Shown here: positions 12,614 through 25,163 of the stretch, piece by piece | Layout of the letters: the number at the start of each line of letters is the position of its first letter | Position numbering within the stretch: position 1 is the stretch's first letter | Assembly: GCA_000320545.1 (NCBI GenBank) | Contig: ADNK01002347.1 | Location: 16,280 to 80,279, forward strand | Length of the DNA stretch: 64,000 bases | Direction: 5' to 3' | Source of the DNA: Bigelowiella natans CCMP2755 | Taxonomy: Eukaryota; Protista; Cercozoa | Translations under genes and position numbers: made by a program | The notes under the pieces: model-generated | Seen by the model: the letters and a program-made list of their open reading frames with translations, nothing else | Database searches by the model: none | Told to the model about the DNA's origin: nothing

Positions 12614-15011
12614 GTCAAGATTCTAATCGGGCTGCGCGGATAATGAGATTGGACTTGCTGGCTGAGAAGATTTTGAAGCGCAAGCGATGAATGCTTTGTG
12701 CAGACAAAGTAGGCTTCGAATACATTGGTGGTGATTGTCGGGGCAGTGCTTAAATATGGTGTAAGACGGATGTAATCAATTTAAATTTGTTCAATGGTCA
12801 TCCTCATGTAGCTGTCTAGCTGTGCAATCCAGCGGCTACAGCGCTAACATTGAATCTGTTGGTCTCCACTATAATGTGCTTCATGCAATCAAATGCGTGT
12901 TGTTTCGGTCTTGAATAATGTCGCGCAGTAGTCTAGTAGTGCGTGTTTCCTTCTCATCGCAAGTCAATCATTTCATTTCGTCGTCACGCATCACTATTGC
13001 AGTGCGCTGGTTCCTCAAGCGGCGTTGATGTTATAATGTGTGGTGTGCAATGGGCGAGACAGAAGATGAGGTCTGCAGTGTGTGATGCGTGATGCGAGAA
13101 TCACAAGGTGCAAAGTGCAAAGACTAAGCAACACAAGGACGGAGATAGCTGCATCGACTCTTGCTTGCTGGCGTCACTTGTACTGTGTGCTACATTGAAA
13201 GGAAATAATGAAATTGCATTTTATGCAGTGCGTAGGCAATCATATATATATTATCAATGCACGGCTTGGCGTGCATTGAATAACATCTTTCACGACAGTA
13301 GCTACGTTTATGTCGTATATCCGATCCCAGCGCGCGGATCAGATCGGATGAACTACTGCGCTATGTATCCGACATATTAGCTAGCAGCATAAATTCTTGC
13401 GTACCACGCCGCCGTATTCCATTACGCTGTATAATCATCTGTTCACAATGCCCAGCGCGCACATGTACTATAGCGCAGCTAGCAGCAGCTGTGTAATTTG
13501 CATGGTATCAAATCCTTCGTATATTATACATGTCTAGCTTGATTGGGAGATGCCGTGTACGTCACCAAGACACGCGTACGTTCGTACATTCAATCTCAAA
13601 GCAGAATTCCATTTTCATTTAAACTAGGCTGTAGTAGGAACACCATTCGATTCGCCTCATTACTGCGAATATTACATCGCCGTATTCTATGATAATCATG
13701 GTAGTTTTAGTGTCCTTAAATCACCTTGGTATGTGCAAACGTGTTCTAGTAGACTTATGTCCGAGTAAGAACAATCACATATTAATCAATTACCTCGTCC
13801 AAGGGCAAGTATCGGTTCTATGTGCCACCGTGAAACCACCAGCGAATTTTTTGGTGGGTACTATGGAATCCCTGTTTACGCATTGATATGCTCCTGCGAA
13901 CCCTTTGTAGATTTTTCTTCTAAATCGAATGCTACTGCTCCTAGCCGCCGCAGGACTTGATGTTGATAATATATACTTATTATTATACTCAGATTGTCGC
14001 AGCAAAATCCCATCCTCGTGCGTCCGCCGATTACTTATGAGAGCTTTTCGTGATGGAACGGGGGCAGCTGTCGTAGCCCCGCGTCTTCGACAATGTTCTG
14101 TATATCCTAATATTTGTACACCCGCTGCTACACACGGTCTTCGGCCGGTGGCTCTTGCTCGAAACATGCGCTTGTTCGTCGTTGTGTAAGCCCCGTAGGA
14201 CGATGCTCCTTTTTGGGGAGACGATAACGGCGAATCAATGGCATAGGACGGTTGGATACCATGACTTCTTCGACTTTGATGTATGTGTCCGATCTTTGAC
14301 CACATTGTGTGCACGAAGACAGCAGTGGCAGGCAGGGGGAGGGTTTCTTTATGCGGTAGCTGAGAAAGATTTTCTTTCGTCTGCAGAGTTGGAATATAAT
14401 CGTTGTCGCAGAGGAACAATACCCTTGAAATCCAGGAAATACATGCATATTTCATCAAAACATCGGGCGATATTTTGATAGATGATTGATGACATATGTT
14501 TACTATATGCGACAAATAATAATTTATGTCGTTCTTTTTTTATCGAGAGAGTCACATGCTTTCCCGGGCATTATTCAAGGGAAAAAGCACAGAGCTCGGA
14601 CGAGAAGCCAGACCCATGCATGTCGTATTTTTACTATCGCAGAAAATGATGAAGGCGTTGCTGGAAAATGTACTTAGTTTTTCATCAATGTAAAAAAACA
14701 TGATCTGCATATTATGAGATTATTCTGAATATAGTTGTGATCATCCCTCCCGACAGGCTTACCCCTGTTGGTGCAGAACCCTTCAACCACTATTCAACCA
14801 CAATTGACTGTGCGTTGTCCGGAAGAGCTGGCCGTTGGGGATCGGGAGAAGATTGTGGCTATTTAAAACACTGCTTCAGGTTACAAACACAAGCGTGTTT
14901 CCGACTACGGATATGCTTTGATTTATTCGAAAAAATCTCAGTCCCCTCTTGCCATAATTAGTCAAGAGAAATTCAACTGATCCTTCGCACAAACTTTTAG
15001 TGTTGGAGACG

Positions 15012-16530
15012 ATGAAGCTGCCAACTTGGTGGTGCGTTGGCGGGGATCTCGGCCCTCTCGACCCGTCGGTCTATGACGTGACGTTATGCTTCCAATACAC
15101 GTGCATAGCTCTCCCCGTCGCATTGGGGTTCTTCCTCGCTTTCCTGAAGACTTACTTTCTCTGCCCAGGACCAGCCGAAACCCAAAACAACATGTAATTA
15201 AAATGCCCAAGAGGGTGATTTGTGTGAAACATCTAGTTTACTAATAATACATCTCAATCTTTCGGGTAGGTACCACCAGCTGTTCGGAAGTATGGATAGC
15301 GAAGTCGATCGAGACAGTAGCGTTGGAATTAACCAAATCAGACAACTGTGCACTGCATACAGTCGTCCCCTATGGGTTTCCTTAATAGCGCTGACGATAT
15401 TTCCTTTCGCGGAGATCGTGATTCGCTTTGCGCTTGGCTTGTTCGTGAGTGATGCCTGCTACCCATATCTCGGGATCATTGCAATGGAAATCTTCCGGTG
15501 ACGCTTCTTCCTACATCCCATGATTTCTCTTTGACTGTTATTCATATCGTCGTCATCTTCGTTTCTGCTCCCTTACCCTTCACTACGCAGCTCCGGCGCA
15601 TATGTAATGTCGGTGTGGGTACTGCTCTCAACCTCGCAAATCACGCCTCTGGTACGGTGCTTTTGGTTTGCTGAAGCCGTGGTAACCCTTAAAGAGCTGG
15701 AAGGCGGTCTTATGAGGTAGGGAGAGATACATTTACACACATCATGAGAAGGAGATATGATTCATCCTCCGCTTTGGGTGCGTCATGCTTGTGGGTACTT
15801 TTTCCAGCAGCGTTGTTGATGTTTTGTTTTAATAATTTATCTACACAATTGCCTATATTTATCCTACTATATTGCAAGGTGTTAGTCGTAGTGTGTTTTG
15901 CTGACGATTGTGCTGCGATTCTCTGTGTTCAAACGTACAGGACTATCTTCGACGACTATGACCAGATCCTTTTGATTCATGCTCTCAAGTAGTAAAACGG
16001 CAACTTTCATTGAAAATCGACACTACTACCGCTCTTATCTTATCTCCTTTCATTTTTCTATACAATTCTTGACAGGTTTATCTTCAACACCGTACTATTT
16101 GTATATGCATTGAAGCCTTCGTTTGTCGGCGAAGAGGACATTCTATGGCCAGCTGACGAGGTAGGAGCACTAATGAACCCCTCGTTTCCCCCCTAAAAAC
16201 CGCGAATCCGCCAATTATCACTCAATATCACTCAAATGACAATGCCACCTCTTTCCTCGGAACAATATATTGTCAAATGCGATGACGCGAATTGTAATTT
16301 CGTTAGTCGGTGCGGTATACTCCGTCAAGGAACTCGGGTAGTTTTTCTCCAACAGGCAGCGACCTCCTCACGCCGAAGGAGCACAGATCCGGTAGCACCG
16401 TTACTAGCCGGGATCACCGCGTTGTCTCTGCGGCATCGGAGCGCGTGTGGGATAACTTCCTTTACGATGATAGACTCGGGGGAAGAGGAGGAGCACCTCC
16501 AGGTAGCTTTACTGTTTTTCTCGCTTTCTC

Positions 16531-16572
<42 letters not shown>

Positions 16573-18206
16573 GATTTTGTTACCAAAGTCTATTATCATC
16601 GCCATCATCATCACCATCATCATCATCATTAATGGCGTTGTTGTGATTAGGTTTTGAAGGTGGCGCAGGTATGGCTGCTGCTGTTGGTAGTAGCAGTATC
16701 CTTGATAATGATGATGATGTGGAAAGAAAAGGAGGAGGAGGAGAAGGAAAGTCTCTTTCTCTATTATCCTCCGACAGCATGCTGCAGCAATCGGGAACAC
16801 CCCCTACATTCGGAAGGAAGAAGTCTTCGATGAGCTCCAGAGGGGGTATGATCACATACGAACAAACGTGCATATAGCAACAACATTTTCCCCAAATCTG
16901 CAGTAGTTGCACTCTTATTCTAAGGACACGGTTTTTTTCCAACGCCTTGAGCGTCTACGTCTTCAATTCCACTGATTTTCCCCCCCCCCCCCCCCCCCCC
17001 CCCTCTCCCTGGTGCTCTCGATAGGCGTGGTCGATTTCTCCAGTGCCTCGTTGCTGGTGACAACATGGCTAGTCCGTAACAAAGGGAGGGGGGAGGAGAC
17101 CGATTTTGCTGTGCAAGTGAAGGTTTCTTACGAGACAGGACTGCGTTTGGGCGCTGAGGGAGGTGCTGCTGCTGCTGCTATACCAAAAACAATACACACA
17201 CAGAAAAGACACTCGATAAAGTAGAGACGGGTTGTGAATCGAACATATATCTCCTCCCCCTCCTTCTCCTCCTCCTCCTCCTCCTCCTCCTCCTCCTCCC
17301 CTCTCTCTCTCAGGCACCTTTAGAGTATGGCGGGCTTGGCCAAGATTTGTAGCGCTAGCTGCGGAAGTTCGCAACTGCGCGTCGTTGCATCGTATCGTGC
17401 CTCCAGAACTGCCCAGCAAGAAATCAGGAGGGAAAACGGGGTGAGGAGTGAATATATACTCCCTTGTTTTTCTTGTCCAGACTGATATTTATCCTATCCC
17501 CCTCCCCCCCCCCCCCGCCCCATCCATCAGGTCCAGCAGTGGACAACGGAATCTTGAGCGTGATCGTGGCGCACTGGAGCTCTACCTTAATCAAGTGATG
17601 GGAGACCGAAGGTAATGACAATCTAGTTTACCTCTGGAGCGGGGATTCGGGGGGGAGGGGGGTGAGGAGAGGATTAGCGATTGAACGGCTTGATATGGAC
17701 TCTTCGTATTCACTCAAATGACATCTCAAAAGCAGCATGCAATGATCGAATTGCACAAGACAGACAGCCAGCACTGTAACATGCGTATGATAGTAAACGG
17801 CAACTCTACCCACCACCAGGTATTGGAGGCCATTATCACGATTTCTCCACGTCGAGGTGCGGCTCTCCTTGTCCGCAAACAAGCGCATGCGACAGCAAAT
17901 ACAGCAGCAGCAGCAGCAGCAGCATCATCAAAGATCTAGAAGCGAGCATATCGGTACTCCGGATCGACCCTACCCCTACCACTTTGAGGAAGGAGCAGAG
18001 GGCAAGGAAAGGCCACAAGCCCCCCCCCCTGTTTCCTCCTCTCTCGCCACCCCCTCCTCATTCCACCAGCAGCAGCAGCAGCATCATCAATATCACCAAC
18101 CCTCGGTGACGACAGGAGCAGAGACCTCTGGCAGCACAAGCGCAGTCAACACTCGAAAGGCCTCAGAGGCCCTGCAAAGTGAAGGGTCAGGCGAGTTTAT
18201 TCGCTC

Positions 18207-18238
<32 letters not shown>

Positions 18239-19366
18239 TTATCAAAAAGCAGCAGCAGATGTCCCAGCCCATCCAGCGCTTCTTTGAGAATCTGTTTCAA
18301 GTCTCAGTTCCAGAGTACTGCTACTACTACCACTACTACTACTACTACTACTATCACCACCACTATCACTGTTACTATCACTGCTAGTATTGATTAAAAC
18401 CCGCTTTATTCGCGGAATGGGATGTGAGTGATGCTTGTCCCCCCCCTCCCTCCCCAGCTTACTACTATACTGCTCCCGCTGCTGCTGCTACTATTAACAC
18501 TAAATACGATGCTACCTACTCTCTCTTTCAGGTGGACCAAATGGACGGCAAAGGGCGGGTCTGTGCAGAGCCTATTCACTGTGCAAGTTATCTTGAGGCA
18601 GGGGGAGGGTAAGTTGAAATTAGCAATAGATCCAAATCCATCCCCACCGCAAGCACTAAAAAGAGAGCATCGTGCTCCCCGTCTTCGTCCACTCAAACCT
18701 ATCGATCCGTCTTGCGCCGATGTTTCTAATCTTTTATAAATCGACGCCGCTTCTTTTTTTTTTTTCCCTTTTCCTCATCGTCTCCTCCTCCTCCCCCTCC
18801 CCCTCCTCCTCCTCCCAATGATCAGGATATGAACTACGCAAGATGCCGGAGGATTTTTCCGCCTTACGATCTGCCATATACAACAACATCACCAAGGACA
18901 ATGCCCTGTCGAGGGCGACACAGGTGCTCTACTCGCTGATTCTTCATGTGTGCCTGTATTATTATTACTATTATTATTAGTATTATTAATAATATAATAT
19001 TTATTATTATTGTCGTCGTGTATTTTTATTGTGTATTTTATGATGACGACGACGATGATGATGATGACGATGATGATGATGTGACTGTATTACTATTGTG
19101 GATTATATGATGATGAAGTTCGTCGTAAAACATCCTTGGCCTTTCCCCTCCCCCCCCCCCCTCCTCCTCCTCCTCCTCATCATCATCATCATCATGTGTA
19201 TTACAATCCTCTAGCTACCGGCACTTCCTCAAAACCCGAGCGGGGCGGCGAAGGACGAGGAGATGGAACTTGTTAGAAACCATTACCAGGGTTTCCTACA
19301 GGAAATGTCCAACACCTCCATCTTCCATTGTGAAGCGCTATATGCATTCCTAGCAGCTGACGTGAG

Positions 19367-19398
<32 letters not shown>

Positions 19399-20091
19399 GC
19401 GGAGATAGATTGGTGTTGTGATAATCATGCTGTTTTGCAAGGAGCATCGATCGATACACACACGTACTGCTAGCACGTATTTCTTCATCCATTTAGATGT
19501 CTTGTGCGGAAGTGCAGCTTTTAGATTTTGTCCCTTTCCTGTATTCTGACACATACAATCGTGTGCGAATATATCCCCTGACAGCTCTCTATTTGTCCCT
19601 CCCCCCCCCCTCCCCCCCCATCTGAGAAGAAGCAGGGCAGCGGCAGCAGCAATGCCAACCAACACGGCACGTTGTTCGATGCGATGACTCCGATATCCAG
19701 AACTCCGGAGTTCTCCAGCAACAACTCTCCCTTGACAGCAGGAGGAGCTAGTCTTCTAGAGGAGAAGAGGCCGATGCTAGGAGGAGGGGGGGGGCTAGGC
19801 AATCCTCTTAAGCTCCAAACGCAGAAGCAGCAGCAAGAGGAGGGAGGGGGGGGAGGAGAATCCGCTTTCCAGGGAGAAAAAAAAATCATAGATGCAGAGA
19901 CGATGGTGAGCAAAGGGGGGGGGGGCATGATGGTTGGCGACTACACGGAAGAGGAGGACAGGTTGCGCCGCATAGCTGTGATTCTGACGAATGGCGTAAG
20001 AGTCGTCGCAGACAAACGAAATCGACTTCTTTTTCGAGGTGCTGCAAGAATAGAAGGAAGGCTTTACGATCGATAATAATAGTTCATCACC

Positions 20092-20122
<31 letters not shown>

Positions 20123-20197
20123 ACAACAACAACAACAACACCATTCGTATTATGGAACCTCATTTTCATAACCCTTGTTCTTTCACTTACGCACACG

Positions 20198-20257
<60 letters not shown>

Positions 20258-20865
20258 TTATTAAGATGCACGCTGTCAAATGATTGATCGAGTGATTGAT
20301 CGATTGATTGATTGATTGGTTGGTTGGTCGTTGGTTATCCGACTACTAGGCTCTGATGCAGTGGATTTCCTTGTCCTCAACGGTGTCACAAGGGACCGTC
20401 GCCATGCGGTAAAGAGATCATAATAACAACGACAATAACGATGATAAGAAGAAGAAGATTAGTTGTAGAAGTACTCATTTGTAGCTAGCAGAGTCAACGA
20501 TGAATCGATTGTGTATATATAGCATACATGAGAACAAGGGAGGGGGGGGGGGGGGGGAGGGAAGGAAATAGCAGGATTTTGTTTTATTGATGTAATCACT
20601 ACTCTCATTATAATCATCATCATCATCATTATCATTATCAGGTGAATGTTGGCAATGCATTAATGCTGAATCTTCGTCTGTTCGATCACATCGACCTGTC
20701 ACATGCGTTTCGAGACGATAAGAACATCATCTATGTGCTGCATCCGGAGAGAGTACAGCAGCAGAATTCGGTATTATCAGTTATTATTATTATTTTTTTT
20801 TTTTTTTTTTTTTTGCTACTAGGAATAGCTTTCCCCATTACATTGTTCTCTTGTTGAGTCATCAA

Positions 20866-20896
<31 letters not shown>

Positions 20897-21107
20897 CCTG
20901 AGTGCTTTCTTCTGATCTCCTCCTTGGAGAAACGCATCATCATCATCATCATCACCACCACCACCATCTCTGCTCGATGCCATCGGCGCGTTCTTTTCTC
21001 TCTCTAAACATAAATCACTGCATACATACAAACATGCTGTGCTCAGGCGGAATCAAGCTCGGCAGCTATACCAATCGTTCCGAACCAAAATCATGAGCCC
21101 CGCAGAA

Positions 21108-21141
<34 letters not shown>

Positions 21142-21324
21142 CTTGGAAGTTGGAAGCGGGAAGCCTGGATCGGATGGGCGGGCTGGGGGGGGGGGGTCGT
21201 TGTCGAGTCAAACTGAGAAGGTGCTTGCTGCGGTAGATTTTAGCAATTCCCCGAACTACTCGTATCTCCTCGACGCTCCAGTTGGGGGGGGGGAGAGGAA
21301 AGGCGATGACGCTGAATCAGGTAG

Positions 21325-21366
<42 letters not shown>

Positions 21367-21640
21367 CTCCTTATGATGATAGATGATGAAATAAACCTAC
21401 GCAGCGACAGCAGCAGCATTGGTGGTAGGCTCAACTCAATCCACAGAATCGATTCCCCCAGAAAACAGGTGGTACTGGCTGTTGTTGTTGTTGTTGTTGT
21501 TGTAGTTGTTCTTGTTCTTGTTTTTGACATTATTGTTCCAGCATCTTTCCCCTGCTTTGCATTTTGAGTTGGTGCGAGGAAGATGCATATCACAGCTTCA
21601 TCAACATCATCGATATCCCCTTTCTCTTCTCACACGTGTG

Positions 21641-21679
<39 letters not shown>

Positions 21680-22177
21680 CACCGTTGCAGGCGCAAGGAG
21701 AGCATCCTCGTCGAGGGAAAAGACAACAAGAAGACAGAATTTTTCCTGCAAAAAAAAGGTATGATATTCGTCGCCCCTCCCCCCCTCCAATTATCATCAT
21801 CATCATCATCATCACCACCACCACCACCAGAGAAGAAGTGCGGTCTAGATCCCCTGAATAACCCAAATTGTATTCTCTCCTCCTCCTGCTGCTTACTACT
21901 ACTACTACTAGGGGGTAGGAGGCGACTCAACCAAGGATTAGCTTCGGTTGCTGCTTCATCACATCGTTTTGAGGCCTCGGTCAGAGGATACACTGCGGGA
22001 ACACCGACGTTCTTTAACATCCACGTTCGCGAGTAAGAGAGAAGAGAAAGAAAGAAGAGGGAGAGACGTATTGCTATGATGATGCTAGACAGTGCTACTA
22101 TATAGGTAGCTGCTACTGTTGTTGTTGTTGTTGTTGTTGTTGTTCCTGCAGTAGAAGAAGTGGTAGGACAAGTTTGC

Positions 22178-22213
<36 letters not shown>

Positions 22214-22863
22214 ATGGGGATGGTAGTGATCATAACGTTCATCACCAAACTTCCTACTAATTCTCTACCAAGGTACTATTCCACAACGCAGTACCTCGAC
22301 TACAATATCCGAAGAAGATACTCCGATTTCGAAAGTAATAGTAGTAGTTATAGTAGTAGTTGTAGTTGTTGTTGTTGTTGTAGTAGTATCTGTCGTTACT
22401 AACAATGGAAGTGCTGTACTAGTACTACAACTACTTGTAGTGGTAGAAGTATGAGTAGTAGTAGAAGTAGTAGTAGTAGTACACAAAACCAAAATAGCTC
22501 TATGCATATACAGCAGCAGCACTCTCTAAGCTTGTCGCTTAAACATCTACCCCCCCGCTCTCTCTCTCTCCCTCCCTCCCCCTCCTATCTCTTCTCCCCG
22601 CTCATCTTCGCCGCTGCTGCTGATGTTGATTGATTGTGCAGAATTCCGCAAGATGCTAGTAGCCGTGCATGGAGACTCACGGGTCCCGAACCTCCCAACG
22701 AAGATTCAGCCGATAATGCAGAAGAAAGACACGTACAGAATCACCTTCACATTCTCATCATATTTTCCACTAGAATAAGCACGTGCGCTAGAGGGGCATT
22801 AGATAATAGGAAGCAAATAATGAAAATGCCACTAGAACAGAATCTGGTTACTCACATATCCGT

Positions 22864-22899
<36 letters not shown>

Positions 22900-23617
22900 C
22901 AAACCACAATTGGAGAGAAACGAGATTGCAGGAGAGGAGTCAGCAGCGTGAAGAGAAATCATCTTCTCTTCTTTTGCAGCGCCGTTTGACCTCCGCAGCA
23001 CTAATTTGTCCATTCATTCACTCGTGATCTTCCTCGCATGGAAAGAGAAAATGATGCTTCTTCTGCTACTGCTGTGTCAGATTTCTGGCAGCTCGGGCTA
23101 CAGGTTTGGAAACATTCTTGAAGAGAGTTGTCAACACTGAGGTAGGCGATGTAGATGGCGAATAGAAATCATGGGTGCGATTGATGATGATGATGATGAT
23201 GGCGATGATAGTGAATTAAGTACTCAACGGGAAATCAACGATGTATCTCATCGTCCTGCTATAGATAGTTAGGCAGAAGTCTCCTAAAAGAGCACCTTCA
23301 TCAGCTGCCTTGCACCTTCATCAAAAGAGACGATAGCGTCCATAACAATCCATGCATGTGTGCTGCTGCTGCTGCTGCTTTTGCTATTACCAGATCTACC
23401 AAGGGCACTATCTGTTCGAGTTTCTTGCCAAAAACCAGGCACAGCAGTCGTTGACTCTTGGATCACAAGTTTCAGCTAACGTGGTGCGTTTTGCGGTGAA
23501 TCTGGAGCAAATTATAGATATGATGCATGATATCATGCCTTTCGCTGTAATGAGTTGTTAAATGCACGTGGGTGATGACAGGTGTCTGGAAGCTCGATAA
23601 ATACTGTTCTTGAGTGA
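15012..23617 (+). CDS. Membrane protein: TMD0-like 5-TM N-terminus + PX + PX + DEP + PX, more than 20 exons
   Basis: N-terminus 'WC...DVTLCFQYTCIALPVALGFF' followed by 5 hydrophobic helices. PX1 'TDFAVQVK...FRVWRAWPRFVALAAEV...PPELPSK...ALELYLNQV...LSRFL'. PX2 'LFTVQV...YELRKMPEDFSALRSAI...LPALP...YQGFLQEM...LYAFL'. DEP 'FRGSDAVDFLV...DRRHAVNVGNALM...FDHIDLSHAFRDD..IY'. PX3 'TFFNIHV...IRRRYSDFEKFRKML...VPNLPTK...RATGLETFLKRV...LFEFL'. Phases checked for domain-coding junctions; low-complexity linkers and the last exon are less certain. Confidence 0.8.
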
Positions 23618-25163
23618 GTTTCGTGTCAAGCATCAAGATAGTAAGAAGTGAATGACCAAGGGTAGATAGATCAGTCGTATACCGCTGATGCCAAGCGCAG
23701 AAAGCGTTGATTATTGCAGCCAAGAATTACAGGAGGTACCAATGGGTAACAAGCATTCTAAAAGTTAGTTCAGTTCTGAGATTAAGTCATTATTAAGCTA
23801 GTATGAGTGAGTACTCACATATACGTCCGTCAGCTTCCAAACAAACTTTGAAAGTGTACGTAGAATCGATGCATGCAAATCATTAGATCGATGCTGCTTC
23901 TATTGCGTGTCTACGATCCGTGCATGTACTGGGCCTTGCGCTATGTCTTCACACCCTGCGCCGCTAGCTAGCTAGGTTGCACATGCTCTGTCTCCACACA
24001 GCACGCAAAGCTCTAGCTAGAGCTAGCAAGGTGCGATCGATGAATGGCTAGATGTGTGCGAGAGTGTGATGTGGGCATGCATGCTGCACAAGCTGTGTTG
24101 CTGCGATCATTGCCAAGAAAGCCTTCCGCGATCTTGCGTGATGCGCATTGAACGCACGTCCGTGCGTGCGCCAGCAGGTGTGTGATCGAACCCATGAACC
24201 AACTCGCACGTGGATGCACTGGTGCCTGTGCACGTGAGTGAGCTCATCGATCGTTGCTGCATGTGCGTGCGCGAACAACGTGAACAATGTGCTGATGAAC
24301 TGCACTTCCAAAGTGTCACAATAGACACAGTAATAGCATGCATAATGTGCACATGATGTTACGTGTCCATGATGAGCATCCGCTGATTTAACGCACATTC
24401 TGCATTGTCTCAAAAGGGCTCATACTTGCAACAGACATGGCAATAGCATGTGTAATATGTGCATGATATTACGTGTCTACAATTGTTGCAAGACACTTGC
24501 AGTGCACGAAACGCAGTGACCACCTCGAACTAGCTTTGGTGAGGTCTAGCTGGCTGGCTGGCATGACCAGCAGGTTTTCCAAATTGGCAATCTGGCCATC
24601 GTGGAACAATTCAGCCATCAGCAGCGTGGCGTCGACGTGGGGCGAATGCACATGAACAATGAACAATGAACAACAAACAATGAAGAAAGCGTTGATCAAA
24701 ACTACATGCGCCAGAACCACATGGGAGACAGGCATTTGCACGCAGCAGAGCACATGCAAGTCCAGAAAGTGCATGCCAATGATGATGATGATGACAATGA
24801 TGATGGGGTTCCAATTGGGCAAAAATGCCCAAGTTTGATGTGCGATCTCTCGAAATCCATTGCCCCTACGTGACATTTTGCAAGCCGAGACAAACCCAGA
24901 AGGCGATCGCTAGGTCATTTGGCATGCCAGAACAATCGCAACATTTTTGCCCGGCAAGCAGACTGAATCCTGTGATGAACATCCAGTTTCCGATCATAAC
25001 GGGAAATGCGAAAATTCAACAAAGTGTGGTGCATGTAGATCTAGCAACATGCATGTACGTGTAGTGTCAATGATGCTCTTAGTACCCGCTACTAACGGAC
25101 TCATAGTGACGAAACGAAACGCTTCCATCACGACCATTTCGCTTTTAACACCGAGGAAGAACA

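Noticed and set aside
13790-14515. 241-aa minus-strand ORF
   Set aside because: No recognisable domain or convincing splice path. A spliced gene may exist at ~13.8-14.9 kb but I cannot support a model.
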